Assembly: GCA_965113315.1 (NCBI GenBank)
Contig: OZ220366.1
Direction: 5' to 3' (one strand)
Length of the DNA: 64,000 nt
DNA from: Podarcis vaucheri
Lineage: Eukaryota
In this document: piece after piece, positions 25,907 to 38,700 of the stretch
Position numbering within the stretch: the first letter of the stretch is position 1
Layout: each line of letters begins with the position of its first letter
Made by a program: the position numbers and the translations under genes
Notes under the pieces: model-generated
What the model was told of the DNA's origin: nothing
Database searches by the model: none
What the model saw: the letters and a program-made list of their open reading frames with translations, nothing else

Positions 25907-27900
25907 GGGGGGGGCACTCGCCGGCATCACCTTCGGCAGGGACTACAGCTCCCATAATCCCTAGCCACTGGATACAATGACTAGGGTTGATGGGAATTGT
26001 AGTCCAATAAAATATGGCAGGCCTCACTGAGGCTGCTCCTGTCACACGGCATAAGATCTTCCACTTCCGTTATTTTGCTCGGGCATGGCCAAAACCATAG
26101 CGGAGTAGCAGCAGCAGCAGCAGCAGCAGCAAGTATGTCCGGGAGCAATATCCAGTGGGTCTAGGTCGCTCTAACAGGGGGAATATTATATGCACTTGCC
26201 TTGAGAGTAAATCCTAACTGAACACAGGGATTTAGGACCGAGTCAACTTGGATATTGTCGAGCGGTTAGTGGGCGTGGGACGTGAGAATAAGAGATGAGC
26301 GAGGCCTCCTTTCATTTGAACTGGGACAAGCCAGAAGGTGGTACCTAGGCAAGGTCATGGGTAGCCATGAGCTGCGCCTACGCTAATGCGGATGCCCTAC
26401 CTTCATATGGGAGAGCTACATAGTCCTGCATTGGGGGTTGGACTAGATGACCCTCAGGGTCCCTTCCAACTCTACACTTCTATGGTTCTACCCCTTTCTT
26501 CGCCCCCACAATCACCGACCCAGTAACCCCTATCTCTTCTACTGGGTGGAAGTTTCCCAGGCTGGGAATCCCAGCATCAGAATAACCCCCCGGGCGCCCT
26601 TTCTGACAGCTCGTTTTTTCTCCAGACAGCTACGACTCGAGTATTTGGGCCTCAGCTGGTGCAGGGAGCAGAAAACCGGTCTGCAAGTGCTCGCTTCAGG
26701 TAGCGGGCGCCGGGTGCGGCAGGCGCTGGAAGAAAGAGGATTTCAAACCACCACCCCCTCCCTCCGCGTCCCTCTCGCTTGAGTGACACGGCGTCTCTTC
26801 GTGTCACTCAGTGCAAATAATCGGGTCCACGTCACTGTCCGGAGCCTGTAGCGTCTGGGGAGCTGATGAGGAGCGCTGGGGGCGGGGGGGGGGGCAGCGG
26901 CGACGGGGGGCGTCTCTTAAGGACCACGAGGGAAAGAAACTGTTAAAAGCAGGACGGCAAGAAAGCAACAGTCTCTGCTCGGCGCCCCCCCCCACCGACG
27001 CCCGCGCTTGCAAATGCAGCCAGCTGAGGAATTTCTCCTGCGGAACGAGAGGCATTAAAGCTTCTAAGAGCCACAATGAGCGAGACCCGGGCAAAGGCAC
27101 GGGCGGGCGGGGGGCGCGCTAAGCTACTGCAGCTGGACTCGAGGCGAGCAGAAGAGGACTCCAGCTCTGACCTGGCCCTTCGGGGAGAGGGCGACTTGGG
27201 GAGGAAATGAGAGAGAGAGACGCGTCAAAAAAGAGCAAAAAGAGGACGGGGGTGGCGCGCGGGGAGGCGGAGAAAAGCTTACTTTTTAAAAGACCCCATT
27301 TATTGCCCAAGGAGAGTTCGCGAGAGTGAGGGACTGGCTGATACAAATAGTTCCCTGGCCTGGGGGGAGGCGGGGGGCTCGGGAGGGGAGAGGGGGGCTC
27401 CTTGTTTCGAGTAAACCAGCTGCAGGAGTGATGCTAGAGCAAGGAAGGGCAGACACAATGCTGCTGTTGTTGGTTTGATCTCTAACTGTGGATTGTTAGT
27501 CTGGATTTAACTATGTGGTGTGGGGAGGGAGGGAGAAAGGCGGAGGGGGGGGGCGAAGGCTGTTTACAGCTAGTGCAAATAATGTGACAGCTGTTGGAGC
27601 GCGAGCAGCCAGCGCCTCTTCGGCTTTTACACAAAGCTCTCTCTATGGCGAGGGAGAGAGAACTAAAGGGGGCGGCGCGGCGACAGGGGACAACGGTTTC
27701 GCCCCGGGCCCTAGAAAAGAAAGTAGCGAGCATGCTCGAGGGAAAAACAAAACAAATATTAAACACAAGAAATCCACCCCAGCATCATCTTCCTCATCGA
27801 TTTCCTGGGATGGGGGTTTGAGGCCCGCCTCTCTTTCTCCCCTCCCCCCTTTGAATATCTCGCGGCGCAGTCCCCAACCAGCCCGTTTGGAAATTCAAGT
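23000..27900. promoter_or_regulatory. Patchy intronic CpG-rich domain
   Basis: CG-dense at 23100-25000 and 26600-27900; TGTTTAC and TGACAGCTG at ~27560-27595. Confidence 0.6.
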
Positions 27901-28479
27901 CTTGCGGGGTGCAATGGCCCTTACTCCTTTGTAAGTGTGTCTGGTGGTTTTGCAGGAACCACAAAGCTGAGCTGAAAGAACAACACCTCCCAGTGCTACT
28001 GGGAGGAATGAGCTTTTTTGGGCCAGTTAGAGGAGGGGGACGACGACCCTCACCTGCAACATTTATTTAGCACGCGTGTCCCCAACTGCATAATATTCCT
28101 CTGAAAGTAGGGAAAGGATGTATGCGCCCGGGGAGGATGTTACAGAATGTAAGCAGCTTAGCTGAGGGTTGATTCACACATGCACACACACTTCTGCCTA
28201 TCTCATGCCTCAGCTGAAATGTGTGAGCCTGCACCTTTGAAAAGCATCCACCCTGGAGCCCCAAGGAAGTGCTGTGTGTCCTCTTCCTGCATTGGAGGGG
28301 GTTGGACTACACGACCCTTGGGGTACCTTCCAGTTCTAAAATTCTGTGATTCTAATTGTGATGGCTGTCAACACTTGATACTGAGGTCATGTAGTTGAGA
28401 ACACGCACCTGTGAATTCACTCTTTTGAAAGGCTTATTCACCTAAAAACAAACAACTGGCCTGCTCTTACGCTAGACTA

Positions 28480-28826
28480 GATATTTGGTTCCCAAATCCC
28501 ACCTGGACCATGGACCTCTTGAAAATTGTTAATGGTCTTTACAGACCATTTAATGATATTCTGCCTTTTGTAGCTGTTGTGTTGTGCCATGTTAGGAGCT
28601 GTATGATGTTTAATTGCCTTTTAATTGCTTCTTTTATTTCTTATACTCTATTTTATTATATTACAACTCACATTCCATAGAACTCAGACTGTAATACAAT
28701 AAATTACAACATAAGAAATAAAAGAAGCAATAAAAAATATCAGTAAAAATCATTATGAATATTTAATGTGGGCATGCTGCAGCTCACCTGAATGAAACCT
28801 GCAGACCACACTTTGGGAACCCCTGG
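28480..28826. mobile_element. AT-rich non-autonomous DNA transposon remnant
   Basis: GGTTCCCAAA / TTTGGGAACCCCTG termini; internal inverted TTGCTTCTTTTATTTCTTA / TAAGAAATAAAAGAAGCAA. Confidence 0.55.
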
Positions 28827-28945
28827 GCTAGATAATCATGCATGGAGTACACAGTGTCCTGGAACACCTACCTGAAGCCAGGGAGGAACACTGTTCTTTA
28901 GGAAGTAAGGATTGCAGTCTCTTCCAGATGTGGATGGCACAAGCA

Positions 28946-29111
28946 CATAGGAAGCTACCTTATACTGAATATGACCATTGAGTAAATCTAGATCTGCACT
29001 GGCTACAGAGATTTGCAGCTGCTCTCTTTCAGTCAGGGATCTCCCAGTCCTACCTGGGCATACCTGGGTATGCAAAGCATACATCTCATCACTAAACTAT
29101 GGCCCTTCCCC
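28946..29111 (-). mobile_element. Degenerate copy of the tRNA-Ala-like SINE
   Basis: Reverse complement: GGGCCATAGTTTAGTGATGAGATGTATGCTTTGCAT...GGTAGCTTCCTATG. Confidence 0.65.
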
Positions 29112-32100
29112 AACCACATCCTTGGGAGTTGCTAGGATCCAAGTACCTGGCAGGGTCCTCTGCTGATGCCTGCCCCTTGCACGCACATACCCACACCCGG
29201 CCTTGCATTCAAAGCAGTGCCAGGGAGCTGGATCTAGCTATTCTTTTATGATAATAGGTCCTACCTAGCATTGTTACAGGCAATTGTGGAAAATTAAGAC
29301 AGAGCTAGACACAGTGCTTCTCCTTGGTGCCTTGCCCACCACAGCCAGATAAACCCACATGGGCCCACTGACAGAAGAGGGGGCCTACCAAAGGACACAT
29401 TCCACTTGCATCTAAGAAAAAAATTTGAAGATGTAAAATCTTGCAGGTGTTTTCAGGACCACAGCTTCAGTTACTTTTGTACATACAATCTCCAGTCTAC
29501 AAATGGCTTAGTTCAGGAATCTCTCCTTGAAGCCCATTGGGCTATTCTCCAGGATAATTGTCCTGAGGATACAGTTGATCCCTGTTTGTTTCACTACGTT
29601 TAAAAATGGCACATAATCTTTCATATTTGTGGGAATGTTAAGGAAGGTAGGAGAGGATATATTGTTTGACTATTATCCCTCCTCACTCACGCTAGCGAGT
29701 AAACAGCAGAGCACATTTCCTTTGCAACTTATTGGAAGCAGGTTGATGATTCGTTATAATCCTTTAATTAAGCAGTCCAGCCTGGCTTGTCCAGTTTGGA
29801 TTGTTCCTGGTAAGTTTCCCCTTGATTTCCCTCTTAAAATAAGAATAACACAACACAGTCTTCTTTAAAAGTAAGAATAAAGTTTTACTCACATTCAGTT
29901 CACAGCAGTAATCTGAAGGCAGGTTTTATCTTGTGGCTGCAGTGAAAAGAAGTCTGAGCTACATCTCAGACTTTCTGCTTTTGGGCTCCATCCTATTTGA
30001 CGGTTGAGCTGTGTGCTGGATAAGAGCCAGGACAGCGAGGGTCCAAGAGAGCAAGAGAGAGATGGTTGCGTGGCTTGCCCTTTTATCTGGTCAGCTAGGG
30101 TCACACACAGGGGGAAGAAGCTCCAGAGAAGGTATGACAGGAAGTCCTCCCTGTCTGGAGTCACATTCCGCTGTGTGTCCATTCTAGGCAACAAGAAAAT
30201 GTTGTACTTGACTGCTCTAGTAATAACGCATCCCACAATATTTTCTCTCTCTCTCCCCCCCATCTGTTATATTTTTTACCCTGTCCTCCTTCCAATAGGA
30301 GCCCATGGACACACACACATTGTAAAGGAAGTGTTTTTGCTTTCTGCTCGGCACCCTCCCCCCACCTCCATATATTTTCTATATAAAAATACTCAAAACA
30401 GTTTAGGTTCACAACACAGCAGGCAAGGAATAACAGACTGCCAACCCTTGTCACCCAGCCCCGAAGGGTATATTTTTAACTGTCAGCAAAATGATGCCAA
30501 CATGGGAGACATATGCAACTTTACAGGGAGGGAGTGTTCCATAATCTGGGAGCTACCACAGAGAAGGCCCCTGTCCTTCAAGGATACTGGAAAGTTGTTC
30601 AAGACAGTCTAAATAGTTCAGTATTAAGTGCTTTTGTTAAACTTGTATGATTTATTACAAGTACTTCCCAAAGCACCTTCACTAACACCTGCCAACTTGT
30701 GCCTTCAGATCTCTGGGGGAGGCTCTGCTTGTCCTCCTGCCAGTGAGCATGGCATGTTTGGCACTTAGGCAGGATTCATTCTGTTGTGGAAATAGTTGTG
30801 CGCCACCTTCTAACTCACAAATTGTGACTATTGCAGTCTAGGTGTCTCAAACTGAATTCAGAGAGGGACATATTAGCAGGACTGGATGATCACCGATTTC
30901 TTGATATTTTTGCTGCAATACTCAAGCCATAGATTTTAGAGTATGTTCATTTATACATGCATGATAGATAACCATATTGGTTCATTAGGAAGAAATCCAG
31001 GTGTTAACAGTCTGTGGATCTTAAGTTATATAGTGCCTTGGACACTCTATAATGGAAAAGCAGGATAGAAATGTTCTTTAAAATTCTAGAGGAAATGGTT
31101 TGAAGGCAGAACTGTAGGTAGTGACTTGTGTACTAATACCCCAGTGCTTTCAGCTTTCACATGCCTCCAGTGCATAGTCTGCCAATGCTCAGGAATTGTA
31201 GTAGCCAAACTCTCTGATCCAAAAGCCTCACTTTTCATTCCAGGTGCACTCTGTGTATGCTAACTGTAGTCCCTAGCCAGCTTGCAGGTGCAAAGAAAAA
31301 TGACTCTCGCCAGATTCTGGCTCCAGATGTCAATGCAACTAGGTTTCTGCCCTGGAGAGTCCTATCTGAATTTAAGCACTGAAGCTGTTTTTGTCCCACC
31401 CTGGGTAGGAACCAACCTATTCCAGTATCTCCTTCTGGAATAAGAAATGGCATGTCTGGGACCTTCTCCTTTAGCAGCAGATACCAAGGCACAATTTGCA
31501 ATGTCAGGCACAATTAGCAATGTCAATGCAATTTATATATGCAGGCACTGAAAGGGAAATTCCTGGTTCAAATGAAACCCTTTTCATAATTCGGGACTAA
31601 AACCAAGTATAAACGGCACAATTTTAGGCAGATCTCACATTTGATCTTTCCAAATGGGTTTATTAAGGGGAGAATTAAATTGTGGGAGGCAAGTGGGAAG
31701 TAAATTTTCACATTCTTTCAGGATTAAAGAGTATTTCACCTCGCACAATACCAGCTCCAGTATGCAGTCACACCCCTTGCTAAATGAGTATGGCTTTGTT
31801 TGAAACCAGAACATAAAAAATAGCAACGAAAGCTCGTCCAAGATGGGTGAGGTCTAGGGCTGTGATCCTAAGCTTACAAGTGAAATCCATGAATATACTG
31901 CGTTCTAATCACTCTGAAATAATCAAATTTGTATTTAAAAAGTGATAGAGGAGTTCAAGATAGGCATACCTTTTGCACATAGTGGGAGAAAACTGCTTTT
32001 TACTGAGGACTGAGTCAAAACTGCCTGGCTTTCCTAGGAGAAGAAAGATAAGGTTTGGCGTGCATGTATGTGTGTGTGAGTGAGAGAAATAGAAGATCAG

Positions 32101-32444
32101 GGCTACACACAGTGTGTTTTGTGTGTTCTGGTTTGCATGGTAATTCAAAACAGAGTTAGATTAGTTTGTAATGTGAGGAAATTTCCATTGTATTTATTGA
32201 ACAAATCTGTTAACCTTCCATTGTTTTTAAATATTGTACGATCAAGTTCCGAAATAAACTGAATCTATTCTGAGAAAACTAGGCTGCTATTCTCACAATG
32301 TCTAAGTGTTAAAACGTGGAGCAAAACTACTTTTGCAGCAAAAGGAATTTATCTCATGATGCTTTGTTTACAGGTTTTCTCCCTGCTTTTACATAAACAA
32401 TAATGTCAATGACTGAGGTACACCAATTTTGTTAGGGGCAACAA

Positions 32445-32624
32445 CAGTGGCGTAGCGTGGGTTGTCAGCACCCGGGGCAAGGCAAGTAATTTGCGCCCCC
32501 TAACCCGTGGATTTGCGCCCCCTAACCCGTGGATTTGCGCCCCCTAACCCGTGGATTTGCCCTAACCCCAGATGTTGCGCCCGGTGCGGCCGGCCCCCCC
32601 TGCACCCCCCAGGCTACGCCACTG
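32445..32624. mobile_element. Young hAT-type MITE with internal 22-bp tandem repeat
   Basis: Perfect 12-bp TIR CAGTGGCGTAGC/GCTACGCCACTG; perfect 8-bp TSD ggcaacaa (32437-32444, 32625-32632). Confidence 0.9.
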
Positions 32625-32894
32625 GGCAACAACATCCTGTTTGTGTGATCCTGCTCCTGATTCTCTTGATTGAGAGTCAGGCTTAATAAGCAAATGAGTG
32701 CTGAATCAGGGGCATGTGGCACAGCATCCTTTTCTCAGACTGGTCCACCAGATATCTATGGGAAGCATGAAAGCAGGCTATACGTTTAATAGCAGAAACT
32801 CATATACTGAGGCATACTGACCTCAAAAATGGTGGTTAAACAATGCTTATTTCAATGTGACCAACATTTGCATAACAGTAAACAGAACAAAACC

Positions 32895-33038
32895 CTGAGG
32901 GATAGCTCAGTTGTATAGCATGAGAATCTTAATTTCAGGGTTGTGGGTTCAAGTCCCAGGTTGGGCAAAGGATTCCTGTCTTGCAGGGGGTTGGACTAGA
33001 TGATCCTCATGGTCCCTTCCAACTCTACAGTTCTATGA
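32895..33038 (+). mobile_element. SINE with tRNA-Lys-like head and CR1-type 3' tail
   Basis: A box TAGCTCAGTTG, B box GGTTCAAGTCC, tail GGGGTTGGACTAGATGATC...GGTCCCTTCCAACTCTACAGTTCTATGA. Confidence 0.85.
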
Positions 33039-35524
33039 AATTTAGCAATGTGCAATTCTAACCTTGTCTACTCTGCAGTAAATCCTATTGAATTTAATGG
33101 GGCTTACTTACAGGTAAATGTAGTTAGGGACTGTGGCCTGGACCTATTGCTTTACTTGCATCACATTGACATGGCTCCTAGACTTTGCTTTGGCTCAGCG
33201 GGAGTGAAACCTGTTATCCAGAGTGGCTCTTTGATCACACATGCGCAAGAAACACTCTGCTTTGCCACAGCCTTCCTGTCCCCCTAGCAGAGTGCGGTAG
33301 CTTCACTCCTCTTCATAAACTTTTCAGATTAGGTGGGAATCATTCTGCTACAGAAATTTGACGCTTCCTTACGTAGATAATGGAACGAGCACTTCTTTGT
33401 ATATCAACTATATTAATATAGCCAATTAGTAGCTTATACAGCTTTCCCACCTTGGAAACTGCATCAGGGCCTTATTGCTAATGACCCAGAATGGCTAGAG
33501 ACATGATGGCAAAGTGGGCTTTTAATGCTTTGGTGTAATATGTGAAGAATACACCCAATTTCTCCTTGCATGGAATGCATGAAACCCCCCCAACCATACG
33601 TTTCCTGTGCATCTCACTCGTGCAATTTCCTGTTTCACACATTAATCTGGAAGCACAAAAGTGTGTCTGAATTCCCACACATCATAAAGCGAAGCTAAAG
33701 CAGCTTTCAATATGTTTTTTCCATCTCACTTGTGCCATTTGAGTGCATCTGGGAAAGACCTATAAGGGCACATGCACACAACATGAAATATAATTCTGAG
33801 TATTCTCTTGCACTACTGATACACTATGGCTGCAAAAACACTTAAAGTGTGACAAAGAGAGAGAAAGATCCATGTTTAAAATGAACAGGCATTGTAGCCT
33901 GTTTAGGTCTTATATTTGGATTAAAGATGTGGGAAAAAGAAAAAAGAAAAGAAAACTTGTAAAATATTGTGTGGAAATGTCCTAGTGTTTTCAAATTGAT
34001 TGCGAGTATACGGGAAAGTAGATTTACACTTGGCAGTTAAATCTTTCAATGCTTTTTGAGGAACCTGTGATCCCAGTACGATTCACATCAATTGATTTCA
34101 ATGGGATCTGTTTAATAAACTGGTTTAGTACCGAGATGATTAGCCTCGCTAAAGTGAGGGGTCAGCCTGTCTGAAATGGGTCCCCCCCCCCTTAACAGCT
34201 TAGAAATATGTCATTTTGATTTCAACGGAAAGCCATTAGTCATACAGTTCTAACCCTGCTTGGAAGCGAATGAGCTCCATTCAGCACTGTGGGACTTGCT
34301 TCGGAATTAACATGCATGCAGCGGGGAGGCAAGTCATATAAAACCTGGGAATAAGGATAATTCTATTTTGTTTTGGATTGTGGCGCCGATCGTCTTCAAT
34401 CCGAGCACTTCTGGTTTGTGAATAGAATTTCTGTTTTGGGCAAAGCCGGCTTGTTTCAGGGCAACTGGCAACTGTACATCGAATTTCATTCCTCGTCACT
34501 CTCATGCGGCATATCTGTCACTCTCCAGTTTCTGTGCACGAGGCGCTCTGGGTGGAAGATACCCCCAGCAGTCATTCATTAAGCGCCAGAGCAATAAATC
34601 GAGCTCTAACGTGACGTCTGCCATTTTCTGCAGGAATGTTGCTTGCGAAACTACTTTTGCCCTGGAGCAAAGGCGGAAAGATAAACACGGCTGCCTTGCC
34701 AAAACACTGGCAAATCTTTTCCTGCTTCCACAAATTTCTAAAAGTCACCCAGCATCTTTCTCTCCCGCCCCCCGCCTCCCCCCCCCCAGGATTAGACTGC
34801 TGCCTCTGAGCGGGGCGCGCGAGTGGTGGTGCTGTTGTTGGCTTTTTATTTTGGTCTTAAGGGGGGGGGGAGAGAGCTAATGCAAATGAGAGGAAAATAA
34901 TTTTCTTTCAGCGATATGCAATGTATTAGTCACTTGTTATCGTGCTTGGAGGCAGACCTCATTTGCGCGTCTGCCAACTCGCTCACATCTGCTCAGAGCT
35001 GTTCCGGGCATTTTAACCTTGGCGGTGTCGTGTCGTAGTCCCACGGATCAAGAGCCAGTAATTAAGGCTCGAAGCAGCAGCAAAAATTCATAGCCGCCCA
35101 TCTGCAGAGCAGTTGCTTCCGCGCTCAGCCCCCCTCGCCTCCCTCCCGTTTCGGAGCCGACGACTTCAAGATGGCAAGGCAGGCTGCGCCGGGGTCCTTA
35201 AGTCTTCCGAGGAAGGCCGAGGGGGCGCGCAGCTTCGCAGCCAGAGGAGGAATCCCAGCTGCGCCGTGAAACTTTGTCCGCGAGGCCCTGCTCTGTGCTC
35301 CCTCGGCCGGTTCTTGCCCTGCGCATTGCTGGGATATTAAAACCGGAGGATTCGTCTAGATCGCTGCTTGCTGCTTGAGGACACGTACGATGCTTTTAGT
35401 AAAGGCGGAATAGATTCTGCTGAAGATGCCTCTGGGAGACTGGAGGGTTTTTCCTTAGGGTGCTAGGCGATGTACAGTTAGAATTGAGGAGCGCTTCCTA
35501 TCCCCACCAGCGGCCCTGTTTGGA

Positions 35525-35705
35525 CTTGGGGAGTCCCTGGCTGAGTGGTAGAGCATCTGCCTTGCATTCAGAAAGCCCCTGCTTCAATCCCTGGCGTCTC
35601 CAGGTAGGCCTTCCTGAAACCCTGGAGAGCTGCTGCCGGTCAGTGCAGACAATATGAGCAAGATAGGCCCATGGTCTGGTTCATGATAAGCCTTTGTTCC
35701 TATGA
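35525..35705 (+). mobile_element. ~180-bp SINE with tRNA-Ala-like head
   Basis: TGGCTGAGTGGTAGAGCATCTGCCTTGCAT...GCTTCAATCCC head, body GAAACCCTGGAGAGCTGCTGCC, tail TTCCTATG. Confidence 0.75.
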
Positions 35706-38700
35706 GTGATGCCCAAGCCCTAGTCGTCTTCGCATAAATTGTCTTTCGGCTCCAGCCTATGTCTGTTTACCTGGAAGCAGGTGTCGCTGTGTATTCTGTG
35801 TCTTCCTCTAGGTGAGCCTTGGACCGCTGGCAATCCTGTGCTCATTTGCTTTACGATGGAACCCACCCCGGGGGTGCAGGAATGAACGTTAGGGGGGGCT
35901 AAAAAAAGTTAAAGGAGCGGAAAGCACTTGGGATGGGACAGTTAGCTAGAAATGCTAATGTAGGGAAATCTGGACTGGAGAACATGATTAGTGGAAGAAA
36001 CCCTCCTGCAACTGATAGGCAGGTTTAGGGACTCGCCCCAGATTTCACATTTAAGGCGGCAATCCTATGCGCGCTCACCTGTGAGTAAGCCCCATTCAGC
36101 TCAACGAGGTTTACTTCTGAGTAGATATAAAAAGGGTCGCAGGGCAACTGTGAAGTCATCCTGGATCAAGCGGCTTGCAGATGGTTGCCACACAGCTCCT
36201 TTTCTGACATTTAAGTCTGCTGCGCTCATCTTTATTTTAAAAGGCACGTTTAATGCACATTTTCCAGAAAGCGCTGGCACCAAAACTCCTTACTGGTAGG
36301 AGTTGTACAGACGAAGTGTGATGGTGCTGGTGGTTTGGATTTTCGCTGCTTCTCCGCAGGAAGATGGCTAAGGGCGCAAGCCAACGGGAAGGTCTCCTGC
36401 GCAAGCCCGGCTGACGAAGCTGCGCAGGGAGCGGCTGCTGTTCTTTAGCAATTAATTTCAACCGGGCCTTGTGAGCGCTGGATTGCGCCTTAAGCTGCTT
36501 TGCTATGGCGTCATTTCATTGAAAGGAGAGCGAGGTTGCTCCTGAGTTAAGTTTGCGGGGGACGAGCTCGCCACCTCGGCGTGGGGACTTCGACTGAGCG
36601 AGCGCTTAGGCGACGAGGATTGCAACCCCCCGCCCTGTTAAAAGCTCTCCATTCGCGAGCGCTTAACTCGCGGACCAATCTGCTGGCGGGCGAAGAGGAG
36701 GAGGAGGCGGCGGTGGAGGAGAAGGGGCCGACGACGCAGGCAAAAGCAGGCAGACGGTCCTGCGGGGGGAGCGGGAGGATTTAAGGCTACTTAAGCTCGC
36801 CCGAGCGCTCGACAGCGAACCAACCAAGGCTGCATCTCTAGCTGCCGGCGCGCCGGCCATTTGCTGAATAATGAGAAGCTGCTCCTTCCCCTCCCGAGGG
36901 ACTCGCCTTCACACAGGCTCCTCTCGGAGGTGGCTGCTCGCTCCGCCCGCCCCCCCCCCGCGTGTGTGTGTGTGTCTGCCGGGAGGGAGAGCGGGGAGTG
37001 GGAGGCGCTGCGCTCCCAATCAATCAGACCCTCGATGCTGTTGCTCCGTAAATGAGGAAACCACAGGCACTGTCAGCCACAATTAAGCAAAATCAACTCG
37101 CCCGTGATCAATATCTGCTCGTTTCCCCGCTGAATACGGGGGCCGACGCCGACCTCCTTTGGGCTCTCGCAGCGCGGCCGCCGGGCCGAAAAAGCCACAA
37201 AGGGCAGCGCCGGCCCAAGCGGGGCAGGCGAGGGGAAAGAGAGAGGGCGGGGAGCGCATTCATCACGGAGGGGGGGGGAGGAACTCGGCTGTGGGTGTGC
37301 GCCCCCCCCCCGTGCACGCGCGCTGCTGTAGACCGTGGGGCTTAAAAAGCAAGAGGGTGTGGACCAAGCGGGTTTACCATTTCATCCTGGTCTTCACAGC
37401 CACCGAGTTTGGGTCTGGGCTGGTTTGTTTATGTGTACTAGTCACGCACATAGCTGGATACTTGTGTTGGTTTTCCTTCTTAAACTTTCCTATTAACAAA
37501 TACGGGGTTTTTTTTTTTAATAATTTATTTCAGCTTACTCCCTCCCTAACCTGGATTCTTAGCACACCCTTGTGAGACTAAAACTGGGCTGGGAGGAACC
37601 TCTTCCTTCTGTCTTTGCAAGCCAGCCAGCTTGCCTGCTGTCCGGGCTGGGGGGCGTGCGAGGGGTTAATGGGCCGCAGGCGCCGACGGGGCCTTGCCTG
37701 CGTTTTCCCCCGCTCTCGCTTGGCTGATACCCAGGGAGGCGGCGTCCGCTTAGGTACCTGAAAGACCCATTGAGTGCCAAGCGGAGGCCCTTCTCCTTTC
37801 CTGTGGCCCGTTGCTGCCGCCGCCGCCGCCGCCCCTCCTCCGCCTCTGTCACCGCCTGCTTGTTGTCTCTCCAAGCAGCAGCAGCAGCGGAAACCGAGCC
37901 CGTGTCTGTGCGCGCGCCTAAAATGGCGCGGCCGGTCGGGGATCTCAAAGACGAAACGGGCTGGGATGACTCATTCGGCCTGGCTGAAAGAGCGAAGGAG
38001 AGTCGCAAGGAGGCGGCAGCGCGAGGAGGTGCCTGCGCTCCGTACAGGCCAGGCGAGCGCCCTTCGCCTCGGTGCTGCCGAGCCTCTAATCCTCTCCGAA
38101 GGGGGGAGGAGGGGACCCCACGGGACGGGCTGAGACCCCCACATCGGCGCCCGAGGCGAAGGTGCTTTTCGCCGTGTACGTAGTGCGGGAACTGGGCCTT
38201 AATGGCACAAGTCAATTCGGGGAATTTCTCGGATCAAACGGCGGGGGGCGGGGGAGAGACGCGAGGTCGCGAGAGAAATACTTCTCTCGCCTTCATTCTG
38301 TTTTGTTGCCTTCGTTTCTGCTTCCTGCAACGTCCCGCGTGCCTGGGCTATTTCACGAGGGACCAGATTATTAAGCCGCACGACGACACCCCAATATCCC
38401 CCCCCCCCGCGTGGCCGCTCCACCTCCCCCACCTCCGAGTTCATTTGGGTGGAACAAACGGGCCCCACAGCTTCCCCCGGGTCTCGTACTAGGAGAAGCG
38501 GGGGCGCTATTTCTCCACCGCGCAGAAAACGTTGGCAAGAGACGACGTGTGTGTGAGAGAGAGAGTGAGAGAGAGAGACAGAGACGGCGGGCAGGGTTAT
38601 TTGAAGGCTCGCCAGCCATTTTACCTTTCCCTTATTGACGGCCTTCCGCCGTCCTCCTCTCCCCGCCCCTCCCCGTCCCCAAACATCACTTATTCACAAG

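Noticed and set aside
30004-30612. 202-aa ORF in AT-richer intron
   Set aside because: Non-ATG start, no recognisable homology and no convincing exon boundaries.
32489-32570. 22-bp direct repeats as a CRISPR-like array or true interstitial telomere
   Set aside because: No spacers, eukaryotic context, only single TTAGGG units, and enclosed by TIRs and a TSD.
32895-32970. tRNA-Lys(CTT)-like sequence
   Set aside because: Degenerate stems, fused to a CR1-type tail and present in several copies, so a SINE head rather than a tRNA gene.
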